Both the position numbers and the translations under genes were made by a program. Positions 29,382 through 40,167 of a DNA stretch of 64,000 bases are shown here, piece after piece. Numbering within the stretch: position 1 is the first letter of the stretch; the number at the start of each line of letters is the position of its first letter. The notes beneath the pieces are model-generated. The model saw only the letters and a list, made by a program, of their open reading frames with translations, had not been told where the DNA came from and did no database searches. The DNA is taken from the IMG/VR virus record IMGVR_UViG_3300021137_000001, positions 62,001 through 126,000 of that record; one strand, written 5' to 3'.

Positions 29382-29596
29382 TGAACATTGAAGAAATGAT
29401 TATTGCAAATAATATTAATCAAGCAATGGATAACGACATTGAGGAAATGATTGATGAGCTGGCAACAATAACAAGCATTGGTGTTTGTAATACAATTGAT
29501 TGGTTGCAAGGTTTTAATTTTACTGATAACGAATTAGAAATGCTTGCTCACGCAGTTATGGTTATGCAACGTGAACGAGATATAGCTAACAAATAG
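29381..29596 (+). CDS. Small acidic early hypothetical protein
   Basis: TAATG-coupled ORF. Confidence 0.6.
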   Translation: MNIEEMIIANNINQAMDNDIEEMIDELATITSIGVCNTIDWLQGFNFTDNELEMLAHAVMVMQRERDIANK

Positions 29597-29659
29597 GTTG
29601 ACAAATGCAGTTTAAGACTGTATAATGTTACACATACACTAACAACAAGGAAGAATAAA

Positions 29660-29833
29660 ATGGCAGGCAAAGCAACTTCAGTTTACTTAACAGTTAGCTA
29701 TACAGGAACACATAAAACTGCCCTGCACAAAATGTTTTTCAATGCAACTGAAATGAATAAATTCACTGCAACAGATGAATTTAAAGAGAAGTATATGACA
29801 CCTGAATTTTATTTAACTAAAGAAGTTTACTAG
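29660..29833 (+). CDS. 57-aa early protein (MAGKATSVYL...TKEVY), not in the ORF track
   Basis: Own TTGACA-N17-TATAAT promoter and AAGGA SD. Confidence 0.7.
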   Translation: MAGKATSVYLTVSYTGTHKTALHKMFFNATEMNKFTATDEFKEKYMTPEFYLTKEVY

Positions 29834-29844
29834 GAGATAGCGTA

Positions 29845-30045
29845 ATGGTATCACAAAAATTTAAGTTATGGTATTTAGATGAAGACAAGAAAAAGCAATA
29901 TCTTGTACCAACTGCAATTAAATATGTACCCGGTGAAGATGTAACTAAGGCGTGTGTATTCGAAGGTGAAGTAGAAAAGATTCGGTGGTTGCTAGAAAAG
30001 AATCACAGTTATGTTAATCTTAGCGTAGATTTGATTGGAGCATAA
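29845..30045 (+). CDS. Hypothetical protein
   Basis: AGGAG SD. Confidence 0.6.
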   Translation: MVSQKFKLWYLDEDKKKQYLVPTAIKYVPGEDVTKACVFEGEVEKIRWLLEKNHSYVNLSVDLIGA

Positions 30046-30046
30046 A

Positions 30047-30256
30047 ATGGTTAATACACTTTATTCGCAACAACAGGCATTTGCTAAACGTAAGTTTGAC
30101 CCAACCAAGAAAGCAGACTTAGCAGTTTACAAAACGTTTATTACAACTGGCTCTTGGGGAGAAACACCCTGTCCATTTGAAGCAGAATGGCCATACTTAA
30201 CAATCCCTGGTATGTTGGCACATAAGATTTCAGAGTATGCAGTGCGTAATATTTAA
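30047..30256 (+). CDS. Hypothetical protein
   Basis: GGAG SD; followed by hairpin at 30278-30304. Confidence 0.6.
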   Translation: MVNTLYSQQQAFAKRKFDPTKKADLAVYKTFITTGSWGETPCPFEAEWPYLTIPGMLAHKISEYAVRNI

Positions 30257-30333
30257 TTAGATTTCTTTCACACTAACAAAAGGCTCTACGGGGCCTTTCA
30301 TTTTGACTATAAATATTGTATTAGGAAACAACA

Positions 30334-30609
30334 ATGGCATCATACTCACTAACTGCTACAAACATAAGTCAACAAAGCCCTGTACTTAAAAAGGGAGTGG
30401 TGATATTATATTCAGCAGTATCGGTTTACTTTATAGTTGGTGAAAATCCAGTAGTTGACCCAACCAAGTGCGCATTGTTACGTGCAGGTGAGAGTAGAGA
30501 AATGCGCTTTCCTGTTAAGTGTAGTAAGATTGCAGTGCAAGCAGTTGGCGCACACGGAGCAGTTACTATAACTGAACAAAGTGGCGGAGTAAAAGCTAGC
30601 TGTATATAG
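30334..30609 (+). CDS. Late hypothetical protein
   Basis: TATAAATA promoter, AGGA SD. Confidence 0.6.
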   Translation: MASYSLTATNISQQSPVLKKGVVILYSAVSVYFIVGENPVVDPTKCALLRAGESREMRFPVKCSKIAVQAVGAHGAVTITEQSGGVKASCI

Positions 30610-30642
30610 TATTATACGCTAAATATTACAAAGAGAACAATT

Positions 30643-31095
30643 ATGTCAGCAAACGGAATTTCAACATTAGCATCAAAACAGCTTAAACAAGAAGGCAAAC
30701 TTGCTATTGCAGAAGCTAAACGTCAAGCCACAACTGTAACTACAAGTGGAACAGGCAAAATTATTGCAGTTACTACATCGCCTGTAGTTAATGCAAATGT
30801 TTCTTTTGCTACTGCATTCTTAACTCAAGCAACTGTTGGTGCATTACTACAAACAACTGGTGCTGTTACTATTGGAACGATATCATCAATTCAATCCGAC
30901 ACACAGCTAACATTAACGGCAAATGCCGCAAGTAATCAAAGCACAATTGCATATAACTTCAATGCAGTTAACAATGGATACAGAACATTAAACACAGCAA
31001 ACATTGATATACTACCAACCAAATATTTTGGTAATGCTATAGTGGATAATATAATCGATGGTAATGTACTAATAACTGGGCGTCCGTGGCAATAA
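30643..31095 (+). CDS. Putative virion protein
   Basis: Thr/Ala-rich; TAAATA upstream; ends GRPW. Confidence 0.5.
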   Translation: MSANGISTLASKQLKQEGKLAIAEAKRQATTVTTSGTGKIIAVTTSPVVNANVSFATAFLTQATVGALLQTTGAVTIGTISSIQSDTQLTLTANAASNQSTIAYNFNAVNNGYRTLNTANIDILPTKYFGNAIVDNIIDGNVLITGRPWQ

Positions 31096-31160
31096 TTGCC
31101 AAAACAGTTGACGGCGGTTGCATTTGCTGTTACGCTGTATATTAACATAGAAACTAACTT

Positions 31161-31475
31161 ATGATATTTGGATTATTAATTCTCGCTGTTGCATTGTTTA
31201 TATCAGCGGTAGCAGCCTTTTACTCGATTGCAGGGCTTTCTGCAATATTTGCCGCGGCAGTAACGCCTATTATCATTATGGGCTTGGCATTAGAGATTGG
31301 TAAAATTGCTGCAACTGTTTGGTTGCACAAATATTGGCATCGTGTTGCTGTACAATTCAAACTATACCTTGTACCTGCTATATTAGTCTTAATGCTAATA
31401 ACATCAATGGGTATATTTGGATTCTTATCAAAAGCACACATGGACCAATCTGTGCCGGCCGGTACTTGGGCATAG
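31161..31475 (+). pseudogene. Truncated 5' paralog of the membrane protein at 36238
   Basis: Aligns with the first ~100 aa of 36238 (KIAATVWLHKYWHR, SMGIFG), then stops. Confidence 0.75.
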
Positions 31476-31562
31476 CAAGTTTACCTAACCAAAACTGTTG
31501 ACAAGTATAAACTACCAGCGTATAATTAATTTATCGCTGGTATTTTTATGAGATAAATAAAA

Positions 31563-31702
31563 ATGCAACGCCACTTATGATAGTGACGTCGGATTTAAAT
31601 TGACGCTTGGAATATTGATTCCTTTACTAATGTTAAAATATTAGAACGCCGACCGTAGGTATCTCCTAAAGAGTACTAGCAGAAAGAATGCTAGTATTTT
31701 CT
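31563..31702. ncRNA. Candidate multi-stem structured RNA with terminator-like hairpin
   Basis: GTCGG/CCGAC closing stem, GGAAT/ATTCC, CTAATGTT/AATATTAG, CGCCAC/GTGACG; then AGTACTAGCA/TGCTAGTATT. Confidence 0.45.
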
Positions 31703-31828
31703 TATCCAAAGTATTAGCATTCCTTTATTAATTCATTTATAATATACAGGACTATCAATTATAATAATTTTATTATTTGAGATTAACCACGAAATGAATA
31801 CAATTATTAATTTAAAGGAGAAGTAAAT

Positions 31829-33010
31829 ATGAAGAGAAATATTTTAAAAGCATTAGTGGCCGCAACTTTAGTATTATCGACTATGAATGCAATGGCAGAT
31901 AGTAATGCTGATTTAATTAATGCATTAGTAAATAAAGGAGTTTTGACTCCAGAAGAAGCAACACCCCTAACTAAAGAGCACATGAAGGAAACAAGCGATC
32001 TTAAAAAATCAATTACTGGTAGTATCGATGATCTTCCGATTAAATTCTATGGTACTATCAGAACATTTTTAGATCATGATTCTGCCAATGTGCCAACACA
32101 TCAACCAGATGCTAAAGTAAGCAATTGGATTAGTAAATTTGGTATTAGCTTCAAAGAGCCGATTACTGCAATTGGTGAAGGCTGGGTAGTTAACGGACAA
32201 TATGAAACTAGCTTCCAAAGTGATAATCCTAAATCAGCGGGAACATATATTGGTGATGTACAAAGTACCATTGGTATTGCTTCTAATTCCGTAGATAGTG
32301 CTGCTGAATATAAACTTGACATTGGCCGTAAACCAAATCTTGTTTGGTTGAATATTAGAGAGTTTGGTATTTTCAATGATGATCCTGCATCACCAATGGG
32401 AGAAATCCATGCTCGCCAAGGTATTTACATGAGTAACGGTATATATGCTCAATATAAACCTCAGTTTGTTCAAGGACTAACATTAAGCACAGATTATAGT
32501 CTAAGCGAAAAAGTCGGTACAAGTAATAAATATGCCGCGTCGGCAAGATATGAATGGGACAGATATATTATTTCTGGAATAAGATTTGATGATCATGCTG
32601 GTAACGAATCTAATTTAATTACTGGTGCAGTTAAAATACCCGAACTTAACTCTCGTGTTACTGCTATTTTCAGTGATGACAAACAATCTGGCGCTCCATT
32701 TGCAACAACCGGTTTAGTTACTAAAGGCTATAGTGCGCAATGGGCGTGGAATGCTATGACTAACGATACAGTATTAGTTGGGTATGGTCATAGAGATGAC
32801 GGTGTGAATGCATATACATTAGGCAACGATTACAAATTGAGTAAACGTGCAACAATACAACTACACTATCAACACGTAGAGTCTGATCGCCCAATAGTAT
32901 TCACTACAATGAATGATATTGGTCCATTGTTTGGTACTAACGGCGGCGCCGCAGCAGCAACGGGCACACGTAGAGATCAACTTGCTCTTGGATTAAAATT
33001 CGTATTTTAA
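31829..33010 (+). CDS. Gram-negative outer-membrane porin
   Basis: Signal peptide, LVNKGVLT N-terminal segment, amphipathic beta strands, C-terminal LGLKFVF. Confidence 0.8.
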   Translation: MKRNILKALVAATLVLSTMNAMADSNADLINALVNKGVLTPEEATPLTKEHMKETSDLKKSITGSIDDLPIKFYGTIRTFLDHDSANVPTHQPDAKVSNWISKFGISFKEPITAIGEGWVVNGQYETSFQSDNPKSAGTYIGDVQSTIGIASNSVDSAAEYKLDIGRKPNLVWLNIREFGIFNDDPASPMGEIHARQGIYMSNGIYAQYKPQFVQGLTLSTDYSLSEKVGTSNKYAASARYEWDRYIISGIRFDDHAGNESNLITGAVKIPELNSRVTAIFSDDKQSGAPFATTGLVTKGYSAQWAWNAMTNDTVLVGYGHRDDGVNAYTLGNDYKLSKRATIQLHYQHVESDRPIVFTTMNDIGPLFGTNGGAAAATGTRRDQLALGLKFVF

Positions 33011-33011
33011 T

Positions 33012-33737
33012 ATGTCTAGGCCACTAATATTTGTAGGTAGTCGGAATGATTTCCCTAATTTAGCATTAATAGCTGAACTTAGGGGAATTGAAGTCCTTGG
33101 AATATTAGATCATCACTATTATGGGAACACTGACACAATGTCGAACATTCCTGTAATAGGAGATGAACGCTGGCTATTGGATGTTAGTAATACACAAGCC
33201 CAAAAATGGTTGAAAACTTGCGATTTCTTTCCAGCTAATTGGTACGATGGTTCACAACCATTTAACAAGATTGATATGCTGAAACTAAGACTCGATAGAA
33301 TTAGTATACTCGAACAGTCGGGTGCAAATATTATCAATCTTATTCATCCTAATGCTAGTGTAGATGGTCTAAACAGCAAATACGCTATTAATTTTAAACT
33401 TGGCCGAGGAATTTTAATCGATGATATGTGTTGGATATCCATCAACAATACACAAATTGGTGATTACAGTCAAATTGCTATTGGGGTTGGTATCGGCCAT
33501 AATGCTATCATCGGTAAAAATGTAGCAGTGGCGCCGTGGGTCACCTTGCCGAGATGCAATATAGGCGATAATACAGTAATTGGAATGCATGCCAAAATTG
33601 ATGTCATTGCCGCTTATCGCCCTGGGACACTAACAATCGGTAGTGGTTCTACTGTATGGGCAAATGCATTAATTAGTAAAGATGTTCCAGACAATTCGAT
33701 ATATACTGACAAAGGCCGTATCTTTAAGAAAAGGTAA
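33012..33737 (+). CDS. NeuD/PglD-like hexapeptide-repeat acyltransferase
   Basis: NLIHP, IGHNAIIG, IGDNTVIG left-handed beta-helix repeats. Confidence 0.8.
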   Translation: MSRPLIFVGSRNDFPNLALIAELRGIEVLGILDHHYYGNTDTMSNIPVIGDERWLLDVSNTQAQKWLKTCDFFPANWYDGSQPFNKIDMLKLRLDRISILEQSGANIINLIHPNASVDGLNSKYAINFKLGRGILIDDMCWISINNTQIGDYSQIAIGVGIGHNAIIGKNVAVAPWVTLPRCNIGDNTVIGMHAKIDVIAAYRPGTLTIGSGSTVWANALISKDVPDNSIYTDKGRIFKKR

Positions 33738-33742
33738 TAATA

Positions 33743-35191
33743 ATGAATAATTTTTCTAAATTTCTTTCAAATAACTTTTTGGGTTATGAAAACAAAACAG
33801 CAATAGTAACAGATTCTGAAACCATCTCGTATATTGAGTTAAATCAACATAGCAGACAATTTGCTTCTACACTTAACGATTTAAATGTAGTTGCAGGCGA
33901 CCGAGTTATTATTATGCTCGAAGATTGCATCGAGTGGGTAGTTGCTTGGTTGGCAATCAATCAATTAGGTGCTGTACCAGTACATATAAGTAATAGATTA
34001 TCGACAGAACAACTACCCAATATATTAAAATCTAGTCAGGCAAAAGTAGTTATCTGTGATATTAATATAAAAACATTATCTGAGGTATTTGCAAATCAAC
34101 TCTGTTTAGGTAAAAGCGATATAATGAAAGACAATCAAACGCATAATGAATATTATGATTTTGCCGATGATGAAATTTGTTTCTGGGTACTAACGTCTGG
34201 CACAGGTGGTGCACAAAAAGTCATTGCACATAGACACGCCTCTATAAAACTTACTATAGATAAGATATCAAAGGCATATAAAATAGATAGCACCAGCATA
34301 TTATATTCAATACCTAAATTAAGTTTTATGTTTGGATTCTTTGATATGATGGCCGCACTAGCACAAAATGCCATTGAACATATATCTAATCAAATACCAA
34401 ATCCGGTAGCCATCCGCACAAGAGTGCGTGAATGCACAGCTACTCATTTATTCAGTGTACCTAGTATTTTAGCTATGATAGCAAGATCAACAAATGACCC
34501 ATCTGATGATTTGGCCTCTATTAAGATGTTATTGTGTGGTGGCGAATCGTTGCCGATTGCTGTCGCTACTGATTTTAAATCAAAATTCGGAGTTGATATA
34601 TTAGATGGACACGGCATGTCGGAGGTGCAACATATGGTTATATCGCAAACTCCTGATGATATAATGATGGGTACTATCGGTCGCCCTCTCGAAGGAGTTA
34701 AAATAGAAATCCGCAGACCTGAAGGTACACTATGCGACGTAGGCGAAGTGGGTGAATTATATATTAATGACCCAAGTATTGCATTATGTTATATCAATGA
34801 CTGGGGATTAACTAAAGATACTTTTGTTGGGCGTTGGCTAAAAACTAATGATCTTGCTTATATCAGATCAGATGGTTATTATGTTTTTAGCGCACGTTCC
34901 GGGGACATAGTAAAAATTAACGGTGAAAAAGTATCTTTAGTCGAAGTTGAGAATGTATTGCTAAAACATACTCAAGTCGAAGATTGTGTTATGCTTAAAT
35001 CATCTGATAAAGAAGGATTTACAAAATTAACAGCTCAAATTGTTCCAAAAAAAGATACTGATATATCTGCCGGAGCAATAAGAAAATATCTTAGAGAGAA
35101 TTTAGAATCATATAAAATTCCTAAGTATATTGAGTTTGTTTCTTCTATTAATAAAACAGTTACCGCTAAGAAGATACGGGTAAAAGTATAA
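33743..35191 (+). CDS. AMP-dependent acyl/aryl-CoA ligase
   Basis: TSGTGGAQK P-loop, GHGMSE, TND, KI A10 motif. Confidence 0.88.
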   Translation: MNNFSKFLSNNFLGYENKTAIVTDSETISYIELNQHSRQFASTLNDLNVVAGDRVIIMLEDCIEWVVAWLAINQLGAVPVHISNRLSTEQLPNILKSSQAKVVICDINIKTLSEVFANQLCLGKSDIMKDNQTHNEYYDFADDEICFWVLTSGTGGAQKVIAHRHASIKLTIDKISKAYKIDSTSILYSIPKLSFMFGFFDMMAALAQNAIEHISNQIPNPVAIRTRVRECTATHLFSVPSILAMIARSTNDPSDDLASIKMLLCGGESLPIAVATDFKSKFGVDILDGHGMSEVQHMVISQTPDDIMMGTIGRPLEGVKIEIRRPEGTLCDVGEVGELYINDPSIALCYINDWGLTKDTFVGRWLKTNDLAYIRSDGYYVFSARSGDIVKINGEKVSLVEVENVLLKHTQVEDCVMLKSSDKEGFTKLTAQIVPKKDTDISAGAIRKYLRENLESYKIPKYIEFVSSINKTVTAKKIRVKV

Positions 35192-35613
35192 TGAATATTA
35201 ATTGGAGCACAGATCATACCAAAGACAAATTGCCTTTTTCTTATGAAATAGTAGAAGTTATTGATAGCAAAAAGGTTAATATTAAAATTCATTTAACCGA
35301 CAAATGTATTAATCATTTTGGTATTCTACACGGTGGTATGCATGCGTTGATTATAGATGAAATTGGTATGACTACATTCCAAAAGATATTATATCCAAAT
35401 GACAATTATCTAACATCTAAACTGACAGTTGACTATATTAAACCGTCGAGAAATTTAGAATTATTGGGTGAGGTCGAACTGACAGAACTGACAGATACAG
35501 TGGGCAAAATAACAGTAACTCTAACAAGTACAAATGGAACCATTAGGAGTAAGGGTACTTTGGAATTTCAAGTTAGACAAAAATTTAAAATGGTTGACAA
35601 CGATAAACTATAG
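35191..35613 (+). CDS. PaaI-family hotdog thioesterase
   Basis: NHFGILHGG...IID motif. Confidence 0.88.
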   Translation: MNINWSTDHTKDKLPFSYEIVEVIDSKKVNIKIHLTDKCINHFGILHGGMHALIIDEIGMTTFQKILYPNDNYLTSKLTVDYIKPSRNLELLGEVELTELTDTVGKITVTLTSTNGTIRSKGTLEFQVRQKFKMVDNDKL

Positions 35614-35649
35614 TGTTATGCTTGTAGTTAACTCGATAAATACTTAACT

Positions 35650-36241
35650 ATGAAGAAAGCATGGCTATACATAACAACTAATCTGATCAACGGTAAAAAA
35701 TATATCGGACAGACTACAAGCACACGATCTAACTATGTTGGATCGGGCAATGCTATTATGGCCGCTATTAAAAAATATGGCAGAGAAAACTTTGTTCGTA
35801 CAAACATATTTGAGGGTGAATGGGAATTAGTGGATTTGCTTGAATATGAGTTCATTGAAAAATACGATGCGGTTAATTCGTTATTGTATTACAATCAAAA
35901 ACCTGGTGGACACACAGGCACACAGCGACATATCTAGAAAGATAATGAGTGAGAAAGCGACTGGTAGAAAAGCATCGGAAGAGTCAAAGCAACAACGCTC
36001 AACAAGAATGAAAGGTACAGGTAATCATTTTTTCAATAAAGCACATACAGAAGATAGTATTAACAAGATTAAAGAAAAACGAGCACAACAAGTAATCACC
36101 GAAGAATCTAATAAAAAACGATCAGAAAAAATTAAAAGTTTACCTAAATTTCAATGTACTAATTGTGGCGGATGGTATTTCAACAGAAATCTTATTCAAT
36201 ATCATAATGAAAAATGTAAAAAAGCAAGGATAATTCAATGA
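35650..36241 (+). pseudogene. Frameshifted GIY-YIG homing endonuclease
   Basis: Catalytic domain 35650-35937 (KKYIGQ, YVGSG) and NUMOD3/Zn tail in a different frame; shift near 35915-35925. Confidence 0.75.
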
Positions 36242-37842
36242 TATTTGCTATAATAATTTTATTAACCGCACTTCTGTTATCAAGTGTGGCTGCAGTTTAT
36301 TCTGTTACAGGATTAATTGCTATATTCCCGGGATCAGTATGGGCCATTATTATTATGGGTGGCACACTCGAAGTTTCAAAAATTGCCGCAACTGTTTGGT
36401 TGCACAAATATTGGCATAGAGCCACGATACAGTTCAAACTTTATCTAGTACCAGCTATTGTAGTATTAATGATTATAACTTCGATGGGTATTTTTGGATA
36501 TTTGTCGGCTTCTCATGTATCACAATCGGCATCAGTTACTGATATCACAGCACAAGTACAAATATTTGACGAAAAAATAACAACTGAACGTGCTAACATC
36601 GATGCAAACAAAAAAGCATTAACTCAAATGGATGCGCAAGTAGATCAATTACTTGGTCGTACAACTGATGACAAAGGTGCAACTAAAGCCGCACAATTAC
36701 GTAAGAGTCAATCAAAAGAACGCAAGGCATTACAAGATGATATTGCTAGATCACAAAAGAACATTGTAGCTATACAAGCAGAACGTACTCCGATTGCATC
36801 ACAAGCACGTAAGGCAACTGCCGATGTTGGACCAGTTTTATACATAGCGGCACTTATCTACGGCGACAATCCAGATGCTAACTTACTTGAACGTGCTGTA
36901 CGTTGGGTAATTATATTGCTAGTGTTTGTATTTGACCCACTTGCTATTGTATTAATACTTGCCGCAGACCAAACGTTTATATGGATAAAAGAAGATAAGC
37001 AAAAGAAGAAAGATGACGAGCCTGCATACGAAGCAGATGATAGTCCGTTAACTGATGAACAGATAGAAACTATTAAAGAAGCATCTGGAGTCGAACAAGA
37101 CCAAACTATGGGCCAAACATTGTTTGATACAGAAGAAGAGTTTTTCGCTCGCGGCAGAGAAATAGCAAAAGAATTAGACACACAATCATATATGGATAAG
37201 CCGTGGACGTGGATGAAAAATTCAGAAGGTCCAATTGGATTAGTTCCACAACAAGAAGAAATAACTACTGCCGACATCTCACCAGACGAACTATATGATT
37301 ATATAGACGAAGGACGTAAAGAAGATCCAGAAACAGATAGTGCTAAACAAGACTTAGATAATGCTATTGGTTTAATTGCAGAAATGCAGACTAAATTAGA
37401 TACATTGCAAGCAGAACATGATGCAAAACACGCAGAGCTCGAGCAGATTAAATCTGTTGATCCAGTTATGCTTAAAGATCATTTAGGCAATCCAATAACA
37501 TTATACTATCCACCAGCCCAACAGGTTACTGCACCAGATTTATCTATTAATGCTGAATTAACTGGTAATAGTGTTAATGCAGGGTTTGGTATAGCGTTTC
37601 CAAAAACTCCAGTTAAAGGTGATTTATACTTAAGAGTTGATTACTTACCGAGCAAACTATACAAGTGGAATGACATTAAATGGATTGATGTAGATAAAGC
37701 TACCGATATATATTCGTATGATAAAGAATACATTAAACACCTAGTAACTAAATTAGCATCGGGCGAATATGATCCCGAAGAGCTTACACTATCGGAACAA
37801 GAACAAATTCAAAAGTATGTAGATGACAGCAAACAAACTTAA
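36238..37842 (+). CDS. Multi-pass membrane protein with coiled coils
   Basis: Three N-terminal TM helices, coiled coil, VFDPLA TM segment, acidic tail. Confidence 0.75.
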   Translation: MIFAIIILLTALLLSSVAAVYSVTGLIAIFPGSVWAIIIMGGTLEVSKIAATVWLHKYWHRATIQFKLYLVPAIVVLMIITSMGIFGYLSASHVSQSASVTDITAQVQIFDEKITTERANIDANKKALTQMDAQVDQLLGRTTDDKGATKAAQLRKSQSKERKALQDDIARSQKNIVAIQAERTPIASQARKATADVGPVLYIAALIYGDNPDANLLERAVRWVIILLVFVFDPLAIVLILAADQTFIWIKEDKQKKKDDEPAYEADDSPLTDEQIETIKEASGVEQDQTMGQTLFDTEEEFFARGREIAKELDTQSYMDKPWTWMKNSEGPIGLVPQQEEITTADISPDELYDYIDEGRKEDPETDSAKQDLDNAIGLIAEMQTKLDTLQAEHDAKHAELEQIKSVDPVMLKDHLGNPITLYYPPAQQVTAPDLSINAELTGNSVNAGFGIAFPKTPVKGDLYLRVDYLPSKLYKWNDIKWIDVDKATDIYSYDKEYIKHLVTKLASGEYDPEELTLSEQEQIQKYVDDSKQT

Positions 37843-37895
37843 TTTAACCACTCGTAATAACACTTATAAATACTCAACAAGGAAGATTGTAATCA

Positions 37896-38132
37896 ATGGC
37901 AAATCATGAATCAATGGTAAAAGGCACTACAGTTTACGTTAAGAACGATAACGTAGAACAAGCAATGCGTAAGTTTAAAAAGAACATACAGGACAGTGGT
38001 CTAATCTTAGATCTACGTGCTCGTGAATCTTACGAAAAGCCAACACTTAAACGCAAACGTAAAGCGGCAGCGGCAAAACAACGTTGGAAAAAGAAATTAT
38101 CTAGCCAAATGCTTCCAGCAAAACTTTATTAA
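37896..38132 (+). CDS. rpsU: Ribosomal protein bS21
   Basis: AMRKFKK...RESYEKPTLKRKRKAAAAKQR. Confidence 0.9.
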   Translation: MANHESMVKGTTVYVKNDNVEQAMRKFKKNIQDSGLILDLRARESYEKPTLKRKRKAAAAKQRWKKKLSSQMLPAKLY

Positions 38133-38195
38133 GAATTAGTTGTCAAAATACTTGACAAATAATGTAATACCCTGTAGTATATAATAAATAGTAAC

Positions 38196-38253
38196 GTAGA
38201 TGCCTGATTAGGGTCTACGGCTATTACTTGCTTTTTAAAAGGAGAAATATATG
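38196..38253 (+). promoter_or_regulatory. ROSE-like RNA thermometer candidate in the dnaK 5' UTR
   Basis: GTAGA..TCTAC hairpin, then CTTGCT pairing with the SD AGGAG around a bulged G. Confidence 0.55.
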
Positions 38254-40167
38254 AGCAAAAATATCGTTCTAGGAATCGACCTCGGAACTACAAATAGTTG
38301 CGTCGCAATTTATGAAAATAACAAACCCCGTATAATTGAAAATAATGAAGGCGCACGTACTACACCATCAATCGTTGCTTATGGCGATGAGATTATTGTT
38401 GGCGCAAGTGCTAAACGTCAGTCAGTTACCAATCCAAAGAACACAATTTACGCAAGCAAACGACTTATTGGTCGCAAGTTTGACGAAGAAGCAGTACAAA
38501 AAGACATTGGCTTAATGCCATACAGTATCGTTAAGAACGTTAACGGTGATGCATGGGTAGAAGTTAACGGAGAGAAATTAGCACCTCCACAAATCTCAGC
38601 AGAAGTATTGCGCAAAATGAAATCAACCGCAGAAGACTATTTGGGTTATGCAGTAACGCAAGCAGTTATTACAGTACCAGCTTACTTCAATGATGCACAA
38701 CGTCAAGCAACTAAAGATGCAGGTCGTATTGCAGGCTTAGAAGTATTGCGTATTATTAACGAACCAACTGCAGCGGCATTAGCATTTGGTTGTGATAAAG
38801 GTGATAAAAAAGATCGCAAGATTGCTGTATATGACTTAGGTGGTGGTACATTTGACATTAGTATTATTGAAATTAGTGATGTAGATGGAGAGAAACAGTT
38901 TGAAGTACTTTCAACTAATGGCGATACATTCTTAGGTGGTGAAGACTTTGACCAACGTGTAATGGAATACTTAATCAGCGAGTTTAAGAAAGACTCTGGT
39001 ATTGATATTACTAAAGATATACTTGCACTACAACGCTTAAAAGAAGCCGCAGAGAAAGCAAAGATTGAGTTATCAAGCTCAACGCAAACAGAAGTAAATC
39101 TTCCATACATTACTGCTGACGCAACTGGTCCTAAGCATTTAGTTGTAAAACTTACCCGTGCTAAGTTCGAGAGTTTAGTTGAAGAACTAATTAAACGTTC
39201 AATTGATCCATGTAAGATTGCAGTTAAAGATTCTGGCATTAAAGTTAGCGACATTGATGATGTTATTCTTGTTGGCGGGCAAACACGTATGCCTAAAGTA
39301 CAAGAAGCTGTTGAAGCATTCTTTGGCAAAGCACCACGCAAAGACGTTAACCCAGATGAAGCAGTTGCAGTGGGTGCGGCAATTCAGGGTGCAGTGCTAG
39401 GTGGTGACAAAACAGACGTATTATTGCTTGATGTAACACCATTATCACTGGGAATTGAAACAATGGGTGGTATTATGACTAAGTTAATTAAGAAAAATAC
39501 AACTATCCCAACTAAAGCAAGCCAAACATTCTCTACAGCAGAGGATAATCAACCAGCTGTTACTGTTATGGTAGCACAAGGTGAGCGTGAATTTGTTAAA
39601 GACAACAAAGTACTTGGGCAGTTTAATTTAGAAGGTATCGCTCCAGCAATGCGCGGTGCTCCACAAATTGAAATTACACTAGACATTGATGCTAATGGTA
39701 TCTTAAAAGTAAGTGCTAAAGATAAAGCAACTGGCAAAGAAAACAAGATTACTATTAAAGCAAACAGTGGACTTACTGAAGCTGAAATTGAAGCAATGGT
39801 ACATGATGCAGAAGTTAATGCAGAAGCAGATACTAAGGCACGTGTAGTAGTCGAAGCAAAGAACGCGGCAGAAGCGCAAATCAATACAGTTAACAAAAAT
39901 CTTAAAGAACACGGCGATAAAATTACTGCTGAACAAAAGATTGAAATCGAAACTGCTATTACTGCGGCAGAAGCAACGTACACATCAGATGATGCAGAAG
40001 CAATTACTGCGGCAGTTGGTAAGGTATTTGAAGTTGCTAAACCATTGTTTGAAATTACTCAAGCACAAGAGTCGGCAACAGTTGAGCCAGGTGCGCAAAC
40101 AGAAACAGCGGCACAAGAAGGTGTTGTTGATGCAGAGTTTACGGAAGTTGATAAGGAGGCGAAATAA
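38251..40167 (+). CDS. dnaK: Hsp70 chaperone DnaK
   Basis: [32 protein letters not shown]. Confidence 0.98.
   Translation: MSKNIVLGIDLGTTNSCVAIYENNKPRIIENNEGARTTPSIVAYGDEIIVGASAKRQSVTNPKNTIYASKRLIGRKFDEEAVQKDIGLMPYSIVKNVNGDAWVEVNGEKLAPPQISAEVLRKMKSTAEDYLGYAVTQAVITVPAYFNDAQRQATKDAGRIAGLEVLRIINEPTAAALAFGCDKGDKKDRKIAVYDLGGGTFDISIIEISDVDGEKQFEVLSTNGDTFLGGEDFDQRVMEYLISEFKKDSGIDITKDILALQRLKEAAEKAKIELSSSTQTEVNLPYITADATGPKHLVVKLTRAKFESLVEELIKRSIDPCKIAVKDSGIKVSDIDDVILVGGQTRMPKVQEAVEAFFGKAPRKDVNPDEAVAVGAAIQGAVLGGDKTDVLLLDVTPLSLGIETMGGIMTKLIKKNTTIPTKASQTFSTAEDNQPAVTVMVAQGEREFVKDNKVLGQFNLEGIAPAMRGAPQIEITLDIDANGILKVSAKDKATGKENKITIKANSGLTEAEIEAMVHDAEVNAEADTKARVVVEAKNAAEAQINTVNKNLKEHGDKITAEQKIEIETAITAAEATYTSDDAEAITAAVGKVFEVAKPLFEITQAQESATVEPGAQTETAAQEGVVDAEFTEVDKEAK

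Noticed and set aside
35650-36241. Programmed frameshift in the split GIY-YIG gene
   Set aside because: No clear slippery heptamer or stimulatory structure; simple decay or sequencing error is more likely
38703-39983. Long antisense ORFs in dnaK (and similar ones in nrdA, helicase, curlin and tail genes)
   Set aside because: Shadows of codon bias on the coding strand; no SD or recognisable motifs
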